A stretch of DNA of 24,772 bases from Planctomycetota bacterium (GCA_045863855.1 BTVV01000092.1:1-24772); one strand, 5' to 3'. Shown: positions 13,907-23,785, counted from the stretch's first letter. The notes: a model not told the origin generated them from the sequence alone. Program-made: numbers and translations.

Positions 13907-16525
13907 ATGCACACCACGCCTGTCCTAACCTCCTTGGACCGCTTGACCTTAAGTGTGATCCCCAAAATTCGCCAAGCCACCCAAGGCAAGCGTATGGTGG
14001 CGTTGGTCAAACAGCTCGTCGCTACCGAACGCTGGAACCGCTTCGACCGCTGGCAAAGCACGACCCGAACCTTGGTCCGCGCGTATCGCGATGCGGGCGC
14101 CCATGCGGAAGTGTATCGTGCGCCGACCGGCGGCGCGTTGGGCTCGGGACGCTGGATCGTCGCCGAAGCCTCGGACGTGCACACGCTTCGCGCCGAGATC
14201 GTGGCGCCCTTTCGCCGCCCTCTGCTCGACGCTCAAGAGAATCCCTGGCACGCGGTCCAATGGACGGCGGGCACCGCAGCCGAAGGGCTCACCGGTACCT
14301 TGGTGGTGGAAGACGATCTCGAAGAACTGAAACACCGCCCGGCGGATCGCTTGCGCGGACGCTTCGTACTTACGCGGCTGGAACCGCGCGTCACGCGAAC
14401 CTTGCTCTTCGATAAAGGCGTGTTGGGAGTGGTGTACGACTGCCCGGTTAAGGATCTGCCCGGTGCGACGGGCTGGCTTAAGTTCGGCTGGGGCTCCTTA
14501 CCCTACGGCGAAGCATCGGCTCGCCTGGTGGGCATGGCCCTTTCGCAACGCGCGGGCGAGCGCCTGCGCGCGGAACTCGCGAAGCATAAGGCCGTCCGGT
14601 TGCGCGTGAAGGCCGATGTGCGGCGCTACGCCGGAACGCACGACGTCGTCAGCGGCGTGGTGCGCGGCGCGGCCGATCCGCAGGACGAAGTCTGGGCGGT
14701 CGCGCACAGTTCAGAACCCGGAGCGCTGGACAACGCCAGCGGCGTCGCGGTCTGTGTCGAGATCGCGCGCGTCCTGGAGGCGCTGATCGCCAAGGGTGCA
14801 CTCCCCCGCCCCAAGCGTTCGATCCGCTTTTTGAGCGGTTACGAATGTTACGGATTCTTCCACTATCTGGAGCACGCGCGGCGCTTGCAGCCGCCGCTGG
14901 CGGGCGTCTGCATCGATACCGTCGGCGCGAAGCCTGAACTCTGCGAACAGCATCTGCGCTGGCACGCAACGGTGCCCGGTTCGGCGGATTTCGTGGACGA
15001 ACTGGGCTCGCGCTGCCTGGAAGCCGCATCCACCATCGATTCCGCCGGGTACGTGCTCGAACGCCGGCCCTTTGTCTCGACCGAAGACACGCTCCTGGGC
15101 GATCCGCAATTCGGGTTTCCCTGCCCGTGGTTGACCAATCATCCGTTTCGCGGTTACCACAGCGACGCCGACACGCCCAAGCTGCTGCATGCGCCGGGCT
15201 TGGCGCTCAGCGCCGCCGCCATGGCCGGATATCTGTACTATCTGGCCGATGCCGCGACGCCCGAGGCGCTCGAAATGGCGGAGTCCGTCACCTCTCGGAC
15301 GCTTGCGGCGCTGGCCGAGCCGGGCCTCTCGCCCGCCCTGGCCCATCTGCGCCGCGAGGCGCATCGCACCAATCTGAATCGCTTGCGGCGCTGGTGGTGG
15401 GGCGGCCGGAAGTCCGATCTGGAAGCGCGCTTCGCCGCCGCGGCCGCGCGCGTGGCCGCGGCCGGACCGCGCGCGGAGCCATCCGCCGCCAAGTCCAGCC
15501 CCGTGGTGCGGCGCACCGCACCGCTGGCGCCCGCCGCCGAGAATACGCCACCCGAACTCTGGCAACGCATCGCGCAGAGCGGCCTGTCCAAATGGGCGCT
15601 CTATTGGGCCGACGGAAACCGCACGCTGGAAGAGATTCGCCAACTCATCGGAGCCGGACGCAAGCAAGCCCTAGAAGCTCAGGCCGTCCTCGACTACTTC
15701 CGCGCGCTGGAACAATTGGGCTATGTGCGCCTGTCCCAACCGCGCGGGCAGGCCTCGCGCGCGCAATTGGTGCGCGATCTCAAGCGCCTGGGCGTCAAGC
15801 CCGGGATGGACCTGATGGTTCACAGTTCGCTCTCGAAGGTCGGACCCGTGGCCGGCGGCGTGGAAACCGTGATCGACGCGCTGCTCGAAGCCATCGGCGC
15901 GCGCGGAACGCTGCTGATGCCTTCCTTTAACCACTTCGCCGCGCGCGTCTACAATCCGCTGACCACGCCCACCACCAACGGCGCGCTGCCGGATGCCTTC
16001 TGGCGGCGCACCGAGGCCGTCCGCAGCCTCCAAGGCACCCACGCTGTGGCGGCTTTGGGACCGAAAGCCGAGTGGTTTTGCGCCGGACACCTGGAGCACG
16101 GAATCTGGGCGGCCAAAAGCCCCATCGGCCGGCTCGTCCACCACGGCGGCTACATTCTGGGGCTGGGCGTGGATAACACGAGCAGCACGGCGTACCACAT
16201 CGGCGAAATCTCGCTGGGTTGCGGCTGCCTGGACATGTTCGGAAGCCGCGATTGGGTCGTAACGGAATCGGGCGAAGCGATGGAAGCGGGCGGTCTGGCC
16301 TGGCGCGCCGGCGGCTGTCCGGTCAGCCCGCGCAAACTGGACTCGGACCTGGACGCCGCGGGACTACAGCGGCACGGCAAGGTCGGGCAGGCCGACTGCA
16401 TGCTGGTCAAGGCCCACGACGTCTGGGCGACGCGCCGGAAGCAATTGGAAAAGATCTGTCCGGGGTGCTCGGTTAAGCCACACCGCCGCCGCGGCGGACT
16501 GTACGCGGAGATCCATCCGGTCTGA
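13907..16525 (+). CDS. fusion of an M28-family (DUF4910-like) zinc peptidase, a winged-helix-like linker and an AAC(3)/YokD-family N-acetyltransferase
   Basis: M28 motifs VAHSSEPGALDNASG, GYECYG, CIDTVG and YHSDADT with a PA-like insert; WADGNRTLEEI wHTH-like segment; AAC(3) motifs DLMVHSSLSKVG, GTLLMPSF, RSLQGTHAVAALG and LGVDNTSSTAYHIGE. Confidence 0.85.
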   Translation: MHTTPVLTSLDRLTLSVIPKIRQATQGKRMVALVKQLVATERWNRFDRWQSTTRTLVRAYRDAGAHAEVYRAPTGGALGSGRWIVAEASDVHTLRAEIVAPFRRPLLDAQENPWHAVQWTAGTAAEGLTGTLVVEDDLEELKHRPADRLRGRFVLTRLEPRVTRTLLFDKGVLGVVYDCPVKDLPGATGWLKFGWGSLPYGEASARLVGMALSQRAGERLRAELAKHKAVRLRVKADVRRYAGTHDVVSGVVRGAADPQDEVWAVAHSSEPGALDNASGVAVCVEIARVLEALIAKGALPRPKRSIRFLSGYECYGFFHYLEHARRLQPPLAGVCIDTVGAKPELCEQHLRWHATVPGSADFVDELGSRCLEAASTIDSAGYVLERRPFVSTEDTLLGDPQFGFPCPWLTNHPFRGYHSDADTPKLLHAPGLALSAAAMAGYLYYLADAATPEALEMAESVTSRTLAALAEPGLSPALAHLRREAHRTNLNRLRRWWWGGRKSDLEARFAAAAARVAAAGPRAEPSAAKSSPVVRRTAPLAPAAENTPPELWQRIAQSGLSKWALYWADGNRTLEEIRQLIGAGRKQALEAQAVLDYFRALEQLGYVRLSQPRGQASRAQLVRDLKRLGVKPGMDLMVHSSLSKVGPVAGGVETVIDALLEAIGARGTLLMPSFNHFAARVYNPLTTPTTNGALPDAFWRRTEAVRSLQGTHAVAALGPKAEWFCAGHLEHGIWAAKSPIGRLVHHGGYILGLGVDNTSSTAYHIGEISLGCGCLDMFGSRDWVVTESGEAMEAGGLAWRAGGCPVSPRKLDSDLDAAGLQRHGKVGQADCMLVKAHDVWATRRKQLEKICPGCSVKPHRRRGGLYAEIHPV

Positions 16526-16572
16526 GCGCCAAGCGCGCCGGGGGGATTCCGTTCTGAAATCAGCGCGAAGCG

Positions 16573-18498
16573 TTATTGCGCGGCGACGGGCTCAGCGATG
16601 CTCTGCAGCACCTTCCGCGCGTAGCCGCGCACCAGCGCGCGATGATCGGCCGTGTAGCGCTCGGCGATCTCGCGCGCTTCGGCCACGGCGCCCCAATGCG
16701 CGAAGGCTTCGGCCGCCGCCAAGTGCAGTTCGAAATGGCGATCCTGCATCGATCCTTTTGCGCCCGAAGAGCTGACCTGGAGCGTCAACTTACCCTGAAT
16801 GTCGGGACGCTTCAGGACCGTGCGCACGGCTTCAAGCGCCTCGGCCGCCGTCGCATGCCGGCCCAGCAGCCGCACGGACTGCACGGCCTTGGCGAGGCTT
16901 AACTCCTGGTCCAGAAGAATCTCTAAAGCCAGTGGAATGGCTCCGTGCTCGCGTGCGCCTAGCTTTTCAAGTACGAACAGCGCGCCCGCCCAGCGCGCGC
17001 CGGCACTGCGCGACTTTGCCTGATCCTGCCGCCGCGCGCGGACCGTCGCTTGCAAAACCGCCACTCCGTCGGTCTTGCCCTGCAACCCCAGGTTCAGTGC
17101 CGCCATGAGCTTCGCGTTCTCGTCCTGGCCGCCCAGCGCTTCGCGCAATGCGCCGTGTGCGCTCGCCCCGCGGCGCATCAGCTCGGTCTGCGCCGGCCCT
17201 TCGCGGTCGGTCCCGAAGTAGCTGAACAACTTAGCTACGTCGGCCTTGGGCATCTCTTCGTCGGCCGGCAAGGTGGTGCCCAGGCCCTTCCCTTCCAAAG
17301 CCTCGGGCGCGAGCGCGCCGCGTTCCACCAGCCGCTTCTGCAAGGTCTTCACATCCACCTTGCGTACGCTGGTACCGTTGCGCTGCGCCACGCCGGCGGC
17401 CACGGCCGCGGCCTCGCCCAGCGCCTGCATGTCGCGCTGCATCCGGAAGAGCTGGTGCGCGTCGTGGGTCATGCCCACGGCGCGGCAGGCGACCAGAAGA
17501 TTCTCGATCTGCAGCGGCACCATGCACCGGTACGGCACATCGTGGCACATCAGCGTGCGCCAGTTGCCGGAGGCGGTCACCCACAGCGCGGCTTCGAGCG
17601 ACTCGTTCTCGTAGTCGAGCGCATGGTTGTCGTAGTGCGCCTTCGCGCGCGCGATGCAGTCGGCAAAGCGGCGCTGCTGGACCTGATCCTCAAGCGTCAC
17701 CATATACTCGGCATCGATGAAGCGGCTCTCCCGCAGTCCCAGGATCGGCGAGACATACAGCATGCGGTTGGCTTCTTCGTAGTTCGTCTTGCGCAGATGC
17801 GTGCGTCCCTCGAACTGCGCGCGGCTCTGGTCGCGGGCGTTGGTGGCGTCGATGTACCCGGCGTCGAAATTGTGGAAGCCGACGGATTCGAGGTTCTTCA
17901 CGAAGCCCGGCGCGAGGCTGTAGGGCTGCGGCGCATGGTCGCCGCTGCGCCCGAACCGGAACGGCGCGCCTGCCGCGGCCGCCACATCGGCATCGCCGGT
18001 GCTGTCGATCACCGTCTTCGCTTCGATCCAACCCGGACCCAGGGGGCCTTCGACCGCCACGCCGCGCAGCGCTTTTCCTTCCAGCACCGCGCCGACGAAG
18101 AAGTGATTGTAAAAACAGCGCACCTGGGCCTCGTTGGCCAGTTCCTGCAGCGCCAGTTTCTTCGCTTCGGGATGGAAGCCGCTGGCTTTGCCGCCCAAGC
18201 GCTTGTTCCACGAATCCGTGCGTTCGTCGATCTGAACCTGCACGCCCGTTTGCAGGCCGTGGTAGTACATGTGGATCCCGCCGCCCGTCCCGATCCCGCC
18301 CAGGAACGCTTGGGGTTCCACTACCGCCGTGTGCAGGCCTTCCTGTCCCGCCACAATGGCCGCCACCGCCCCCGCGGTGCCGCCGCCCACGACCACCACG
18401 TCGAACGAGCCCAGCTTCGGCAAGTCCGCGGCCAGCGCTTTGGTGCGGCCCTGAACTTCCTGATCCGGCAAGCGATTCGTGCGCAGCGACAGGCTCAT
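16573..18498 (-). CDS. FAD-dependent oxidoreductase (FAD_oxidored/PF12831-like) with C-terminal HEAT-like helical repeats
   Basis: DVVVVGGGTAG, LGGIGTGG, IDSTGDADVAAAAGAPF, GLRESRFI, DVPYRCMVP..ENLLVACR and LGEAAAVAA; Ala/Leu-rich helical tail; GAGGGAG RBS. Confidence 0.9.
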   Translation of the reverse strand: MSLSLRTNRLPDQEVQGRTKALAADLPKLGSFDVVVVGGGTAGAVAAIVAGQEGLHTAVVEPQAFLGGIGTGGGIHMYYHGLQTGVQVQIDERTDSWNKRLGGKASGFHPEAKKLALQELANEAQVRCFYNHFFVGAVLEGKALRGVAVEGPLGPGWIEAKTVIDSTGDADVAAAAGAPFRFGRSGDHAPQPYSLAPGFVKNLESVGFHNFDAGYIDATNARDQSRAQFEGRTHLRKTNYEEANRMLYVSPILGLRESRFIDAEYMVTLEDQVQQRRFADCIARAKAHYDNHALDYENESLEAALWVTASGNWRTLMCHDVPYRCMVPLQIENLLVACRAVGMTHDAHQLFRMQRDMQALGEAAAVAAGVAQRNGTSVRKVDVKTLQKRLVERGALAPEALEGKGLGTTLPADEEMPKADVAKLFSYFGTDREGPAQTELMRRGASAHGALREALGGQDENAKLMAALNLGLQGKTDGVAVLQATVRARRQDQAKSRSAGARWAGALFVLEKLGAREHGAIPLALEILLDQELSLAKAVQSVRLLGRHATAAEALEAVRTVLKRPDIQGKLTLQVSSSGAKGSMQDRHFELHLAAAEAFAHWGAVAEAREIAERYTADHRALVRGYARKVLQSIAEPVAAQ

Positions 18499-18552
18499 GG
18501 ACGGGACTCCCTCGTTGAGTTCGGTTCGTATGCAGCCATGGTACGGATGACG

Positions 18553-19479
18553 TTACTTGGCGACGGCGGCCTTCAGGCGCTCCAGCGCCGCCGTTCCGGC
18601 TTCCACGCCCAAGCGGGCGCGTTCCTGCAAACTCGGTTTCCGGCCCAGCACGCTCGGGCCGGCCACGCGCAGGTTTTCGTGCAGCGTCGCGGCTTCCAAG
18701 CGTGGAACCTGAATCGCGAAAGCTTCGTGGGCGGTGAGCGCCAAGTTCGCTTTATCGAACCCGGGCTTGCGGGCGCGCAAAGCTTCGACGGCCTTGGCGA
18801 TCGCAAAACGCTGCTCGCTTTCGGCGCGATCGGCCGATGCGGAATCGACGACGAACGAAACTTGAGCCTCGCTCTTCCAGAGCGTCGGACGCACGAGTAC
18901 TTCGCGCAGGCCTTCGACCTCGAAGCTCTCGGGAGCGGCGGGCGGTTCGACGGCGCAGACCATGAAGGCCCGCGAAACGGCTTTGCCGGCCGCGCCTTGG
19001 AATTTCGCACCGGCGCTGCGCGCGAGGCGCGCGTTTTCGGTGGCATCCACCAGCACATTGGCTTGAACCGCCAAGGGACCGGATTTCGTGGTCAACCGCA
19101 CCAGTCCGCGTTCCGCATCGCAGGCGCCGGCCAGCGCGCGGAAGTGCACCCGAATCTGAGCCGCCTGGACCAGTTCGTCCATCAGCAGTTCCCAGGCGAC
19201 CGGATCCAACGTACCGTCGCGAAAGGCATTACGTGCGGTTAAGGCATCGACGATGCGCTGCAGCGCGGGCGGAACCGCTTGCCCGCGGGCGAGGTACAAT
19301 TCCAGGCCGTGCGGCACTTCCCAGCCCAAGGCTCCGCGCTCTTCGACGAGCAAAGTCTCGACTCCGGCTTCGGCCAGCGTCAGCGCCGCCGTCAGTCCGG
19401 CCAGCCCTCCGCCCAGCACCGCGGCCTCGCCACGATCCAGCAGGTCCAAGTCCTGATTGAACTTAAGTGCGTCGGTCAT
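18553..19479 (-). CDS. short, divergent FAD-dependent oxidoreductase paralogue (308 aa)
   Basis: AAVLGGGLAGLTAALTLAEAGVETLLVEERGALG Rossmann motif and LVDATENARLARSAG. ATG 19479 follows GGGAGAG; the ORF-track extension to 19992 is the antisense shadow of the divergent gene. Confidence 0.78.
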   Translation of the reverse strand: MTDALKFNQDLDLLDRGEAAVLGGGLAGLTAALTLAEAGVETLLVEERGALGWEVPHGLELYLARGQAVPPALQRIVDALTARNAFRDGTLDPVAWELLMDELVQAAQIRVHFRALAGACDAERGLVRLTTKSGPLAVQANVLVDATENARLARSAGAKFQGAAGKAVSRAFMVCAVEPPAAPESFEVEGLREVLVRPTLWKSEAQVSFVVDSASADRAESEQRFAIAKAVEALRARKPGFDKANLALTAHEAFAIQVPRLEAATLHENLRVAGPSVLGRKPSLQERARLGVEAGTAALERLKAAVAK

Positions 19480-19681
19480 GCGCGGAGCTCTCCCGGTCCC
19501 TTGGTCAAGTGGACTCACTAAACCACGCCGAGGTGCACTTGGGAATGAAGGAAGGCGTCGAAGTATCTGGACTTTCCGGCTGGCCGGCCAATCTGGAAAC
19601 GAGATGCGACCCAAAAGCGTCCCAAGGGTTACATTAAAGGATAAGAGCTGCTTCGACTTCCACCCGGATGACTCCCCGCCG

Positions 19682-22486
19682 ATGCGCGCACCGTGGTCCA
19701 CGCTACCTAAAGGCATAGGCCGGATCGGTTTACTCCTGATCGTCGCGTTCTTGGTGGTGGCTGCCGCCGTGTTCGTTTTGGGCTTCAGCGGCAGCTCGGG
19801 GACGCCGCCCGCTCCACCGGCTGCGATGCTCGTTTGGGAAGCCGAATCCGCGCAAGTGCTCGCCCATCCCCTGGTCTTCGAGCCGAACCGCGAGGCCGCG
19901 CACGGCGCGGTGCTGGCCATTCCGCTGGGAGCGGGCAAGGCCGAACACGCTCCGCCGGCCGGCGCGGAGTACGTGCTCGACGTTCCCGCCACCGGCGCTT
20001 ATGCGCTGTGGGTCCGCGCGTGGTGGACGGACGGCTGCGCGAACTCGGTGGCCGCGTCCGTGGACGACGGCGAGCAGCACGTGCTGGGGAACGACGGGAC
20101 GTATCACGCGTGGCATTGGGTCGAAGGTCCGGAGGTACAACTCAAAGCCGGTGCGCAACGGCTCAAGCTTTATCACCGCGAGGACGGGATCAAGCTCGAC
20201 CAGTTCGCGCTCGTGCCCGTCGATTCGGCCTATGCTCCCGTCGGATTCTTACAGACTCAGGCTCCGAATACGGCCGTGGCCCAGCTCGAGCCGCCCCCTT
20301 CCGAAACGATCCCGGTAGAGCCGAAGCCCGCCGAACCGCGAGCGGAGGCGGAAGCACCGGCCGTTGCGGAGCCTCGCGAAGCTCCGGCGGAAGCGGCGCC
20401 GGTCAAACCGGCCGAGCCCGCTCCGCCGCCGGAAAAGCCGCGCACCAAGCCGTTCGTCGCGGGCATCGCGGGTTGCTACCGCGACGGATTCGAAGGGCAT
20501 TTGGTATCGCTCGGCATCCCCTACGTGCGCCTGTACCAGCACGAACTGGAAGACGCAGAGAAGCTGAAGGACATCGACCTTCTGGTACTCAGCGACCCGC
20601 GCGCCAACAGCACCAAGTTTTTCCAGACGCTGTACGCCTTTCTCAAGAGCGGCAAAACGGTAGTGATGGAGATCCTGCCGAACGAACGCGCCCCGCAGAA
20701 GCGCGACGATCCCGAGGATCTGTTCCTCCAGCTAGAGAACCGCCAAGGGTACTGGAAGCGCGGCTTCCTCCTCGCCGACGACTCCCGATTCTTCGCCGGT
20801 GTGCCGAAGGAACGGAGCTACCACGAGGATGTGCGCTGCAACGGCTTGCCGCTTGCCACGCGCGCCCCCGGAGCCCAAATCTACGGCCGCCAGGCGTCTC
20901 ATAACGCCGGCAACGTGAGGGGCGGTGCGCTGCTGGTTCGTGAAGTCGGCGCCGGCAAGCTCTACTACATGGGCCTGCCCGCAGCCTTTGCGGCGATGTG
21001 GCGCGAACGGCAGGTCGATCCGTTCGTCGCGAACATTCTGCGCGACGCGCTACAGAACCGGTACCCCTTTGCGTACGAGCGCTTTACGTATGCGCCCGCC
21101 GACCGTGCGGCGGTGCGGCTCAGCGACGACTTCATGCGCACACCGGGCGAAAAAGGCGGCTGGAAGGTGCTCTCCGGCCGCTTCACGCTCACAGGTGAGG
21201 CCGCCGGCGGCGAAGAATCCTTCGCCGTCCGCGCTTCGGGACCGGCATGGTCAGCCGCCGGACAAGAGTCTTGGCGCGATTACCGCACCATGGCGGCGGT
21301 GAAACTCCTCTCGGGCGAAGCCGGCATCTGGCAAAGCGCCCCCGACGGCGGCCAATTGAGCCTCACGCTGCGCGAAGGCGGCGCCGAAGCGGTGCTTGCC
21401 CTGCATTATCCGGATAAGGTTCGCACGCTGGGCTCGGCGAAGGTTCCTGTCTACGCGGGTTGGCGCAGGCTTGCGCTCTTCCGCCGCGACGGGAAAACTC
21501 AAGGCTACGTGGACGGCGCGCGCGTCCTGGAGGTTGCCGACGCGCCCGATGCTCGCGGGCGAACGGGGCTCTGCGCGGTCACAGGCGAAGCCTGCTTCGA
21601 TGACGTGCGCATCGTCGATACGGCCCTCCTGACGCCCGGCCGAGACGTGGCCCCGGACGAGGAATCGTCCGAGCGCTGCATGGACCGTTACTACCAGCGC
21701 TGCTTCGAAAAATTGAGCGTCTACGCGCCGCAATGGTTTCTCACACCTGACCCGGGCAATCCGTCGCGCCTGAACATTCCCTTGCCGCTGTATGCAGGCG
21801 GAACGCTGGAAGCCGATGGCGAACGCGTAGCGATTCCCGCCGGTCCGGACTTGCCCGGGCTGAAGTGGCCGCAAGGCCATGCACCGGCGCGCGATCTGGC
21901 GCTGCACACCACGGGCTGGAAGGACTTCCAGTTCGCGGGGCGCGTAACCGACTGGTACGTGGGGAGCGGGCGCTGGGGACAGGTCAATCGCTGGAGTTGC
22001 TCGCCCGATTACCTCTGGTACGGCGGCGAATCGCGGCAAGATGCTGTGCTTTGGTACAAACACGAGGTCAGCGGGCCGGTGGCGGTGGAAGCGCTGATGG
22101 CGCCGCGCGCCGACGCGCGCTACGGCGAAGAAATAGGACGCGATCTCGACTTGGTCCTGTTCGGGAACGGGAAAGATTTAAGCCAAGGCTATCAATTTAC
22201 GGTGCTGAGCGAGAGCGACGGCTGCCGCGTCACCAGAAACGGAAAAACGCTGGGCGAAGCGCGCGGGATCGGCCTGCCGGCCGGACACGCGCTCCACCAC
22301 TCCTGGTTCAGCGTCGCCGCGCACTGCTCGGGCAGCAAACTGCGCTTCTATTTCGACCGCAGATTGGTGCTGGAAATCGACGATCCGGATCCACTGACAC
22401 GCGGCCAATTGGGCGTCTGGACGCAAAAGAATAAGATCAGCCTCGCGCGCTGCACGCTTTCGCTGGCCGGTCCCGACGGGAAATAG
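19682..22486 (+). CDS. membrane-anchored multi-domain protein: CBM-like jelly roll, Pro-rich linker, GATase-like domain and two DUF1080/LamG-like beta-sandwich domains
   Basis: N-terminal TM LLLIVAFLVVAAAVFVLGF; WEAE...GAYALWVRAWW...WHWV...LKAGAQRLKLYHREDGIKLDQF; PEPKPAEP linker; LLVREVGAGKLYY; SDDFMR..GWKVLSG..WRDY..ACFDDVRI; IDDPDPLTRGQLGVWT. Start uncertain (19604 or 19682). Confidence 0.7.
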   Translation: MRAPWSTLPKGIGRIGLLLIVAFLVVAAAVFVLGFSGSSGTPPAPPAAMLVWEAESAQVLAHPLVFEPNREAAHGAVLAIPLGAGKAEHAPPAGAEYVLDVPATGAYALWVRAWWTDGCANSVAASVDDGEQHVLGNDGTYHAWHWVEGPEVQLKAGAQRLKLYHREDGIKLDQFALVPVDSAYAPVGFLQTQAPNTAVAQLEPPPSETIPVEPKPAEPRAEAEAPAVAEPREAPAEAAPVKPAEPAPPPEKPRTKPFVAGIAGCYRDGFEGHLVSLGIPYVRLYQHELEDAEKLKDIDLLVLSDPRANSTKFFQTLYAFLKSGKTVVMEILPNERAPQKRDDPEDLFLQLENRQGYWKRGFLLADDSRFFAGVPKERSYHEDVRCNGLPLATRAPGAQIYGRQASHNAGNVRGGALLVREVGAGKLYYMGLPAAFAAMWRERQVDPFVANILRDALQNRYPFAYERFTYAPADRAAVRLSDDFMRTPGEKGGWKVLSGRFTLTGEAAGGEESFAVRASGPAWSAAGQESWRDYRTMAAVKLLSGEAGIWQSAPDGGQLSLTLREGGAEAVLALHYPDKVRTLGSAKVPVYAGWRRLALFRRDGKTQGYVDGARVLEVADAPDARGRTGLCAVTGEACFDDVRIVDTALLTPGRDVAPDEESSERCMDRYYQRCFEKLSVYAPQWFLTPDPGNPSRLNIPLPLYAGGTLEADGERVAIPAGPDLPGLKWPQGHAPARDLALHTTGWKDFQFAGRVTDWYVGSGRWGQVNRWSCSPDYLWYGGESRQDAVLWYKHEVSGPVAVEALMAPRADARYGEEIGRDLDLVLFGNGKDLSQGYQFTVLSESDGCRVTRNGKTLGEARGIGLPAGHALHHSWFSVAAHCSGSKLRFYFDRRLVLEIDDPDPLTRGQLGVWTQKNKISLARCTLSLAGPDGK

Positions 22487-22792
22487 GCCGTCGCGTCCGA
22501 TCCCGAAGGTATCGACTTAGGCGCGTTGGGATGCAACGAGCGTGCATTGTCTCCGGCCGATACACGCGCGATCGGTTCGAATTCCAAACCATTATTCAAC
22601 TTAAATAACCGCCACTCTCCAATAAGTCCTACGCCCATGACTGCGGATGCATGCCTGCCGCCGTCCCCTGCCTTCAAAGCATAGGTACCGCTTCCAGAAC
22701 GCACCGCACCCGCGCGATCCGGCCCATCGTTCGCATGGCCATCACGTACGGCGGTCTTGAAAGATCGCGGCGCTTTGCGAAAGGAGCTGACC

Positions 22793-23068
22793 ATGGCTTA
22801 CGTCGTCACTTCGGCTTGCGTCGGCGTGAAAGACTTAGCGTGCACCAAGGTGTGCCCCATCGACTGCTTTTACGATGCCGGCGACCAGTTGGTCATCGAT
22901 CCGAACTCGTGCATCGACTGCGGTCTGTGCGCGATCGAGTGCCCAGTCCAGGCGATTTTTCGCAAGGAGGACGTTCCCGAAGCGGAGACGGCGCTCATCG
23001 AGCGCAATGCCGATTTTTTCAAAACCAAAAGCGAAGCGGAATGGGAAGCATTTCGTATGCGCGCGTGA
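22793..23068 (+). CDS. fdxA: ferredoxin, FdxA/Azotobacter FdI-type ([3Fe-4S]+[4Fe-4S])
   Basis: MAYVVTSACVGVKDLACTKVCPIDCFY...IDPNSCIDCGLCAIECPVQAIF, giving C-x7-C-x3-CP and CxxCxxCxxxCP; AAAGGAG RBS. Confidence 0.92.
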   Translation: MAYVVTSACVGVKDLACTKVCPIDCFYDAGDQLVIDPNSCIDCGLCAIECPVQAIFRKEDVPEAETALIERNADFFKTKSEAEWEAFRMRA

Positions 23069-23152
23069 GGTTTTACACACGCCTTACTTCCGAGTTTCCG
23101 AACACGGACTACTATCCCTGAAGACGAAGCTCGAACCCCAGGAGATGCGGTT

Positions 23153-23785
23153 ATGCGTAAGCTCGTAGGGATGTGCGCTGTTTGGGTGGCGGTGTGGGTC
23201 TGGAGCGCATCGAGCGCCGAAGTGGACGGCGACGGCTACTACGCACCGACGGCGGCGCAGCGCGCAGCGACGGAGCGGCTCGTTCCGGATCTGGCATCCG
23301 AGGACTACGAAATCCGGGAGGAAGCGAACCGGAAACTGCAATCCCTCGGCCCGGTCATTCGTCCGATCTTGGAGCAGCAATGCGCGTCGAGCGGCGATCC
23401 GGAAGCGCGCTTGCGCTTAACCAATCTGATTACGCGTTGGCATCTCGAACGAATGGCGGTGCAGCAGTTGCCGCTGTTCCGCTTCTGCGAAGCGCTATCC
23501 GCTCCGACCGTAGTCCGCGGGCGGTACACCGTGTTGCCGTGGTCGCCCACTACGGAAAGCGCCGCGCAAGTTGTATGGGGCGGAGTGCCTCAATCCAGCG
23601 CTGTGAGGCTGCAGATCTTGAATCCCTATGCCCGCTTGATCGAACTCACGTCCGATCCCTACCCCGTCTTGCTGGCCCAGCCGCAGCAGCAACGCTTGGG
23701 CATGAATCCCGTCCAAAACGATTGGGGCGATTCGGACGCGCAAGTGGAACAGGTTTTATGGAGGGATTGGGTCGTATCGGAATAA
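23153..23785 (+). CDS. hypothetical secreted protein with a HEAT-like N-terminal motif (paralogue 1, 210 aa)
   Basis: Signal peptide MRKLVGMCAVWVAVWVWSASSA; LASEDYEIREEANRKLQSLG...DPEARLR; AGGAGA RBS. Confidence 0.75.
   Translation: MRKLVGMCAVWVAVWVWSASSAEVDGDGYYAPTAAQRAATERLVPDLASEDYEIREEANRKLQSLGPVIRPILEQQCASSGDPEARLRLTNLITRWHLERMAVQQLPLFRFCEALSAPTVVRGRYTVLPWSPTTESAAQVVWGGVPQSSAVRLQILNPYARLIELTSDPYPVLLAQPQQQRLGMNPVQNDWGDSDAQVEQVLWRDWVVSE

Noticed and set aside
15755..16525. Acquired aminoglycoside resistance gene aac(3)
   Set aside because: The domain is fused to a peptidase in a chromosomal context with no integron or transposon features; family membership does not establish resistance.
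17050..19242. 730-aa plus-strand ORF
   Set aside because: Antisense shadow of the two FAD oxidoreductase genes, as expected in high-GC DNA; no recognisable motifs.
22487..22792. Riboswitch or ncRNA in the 306-bp region upstream of the ferredoxin (also checked 9170-9454)
   Set aside because: Only an AT-rich promoter-like patch is visible, with no recognisable aptamer or tRNA fold; an Rfam/Infernal scan would be needed to exclude one.
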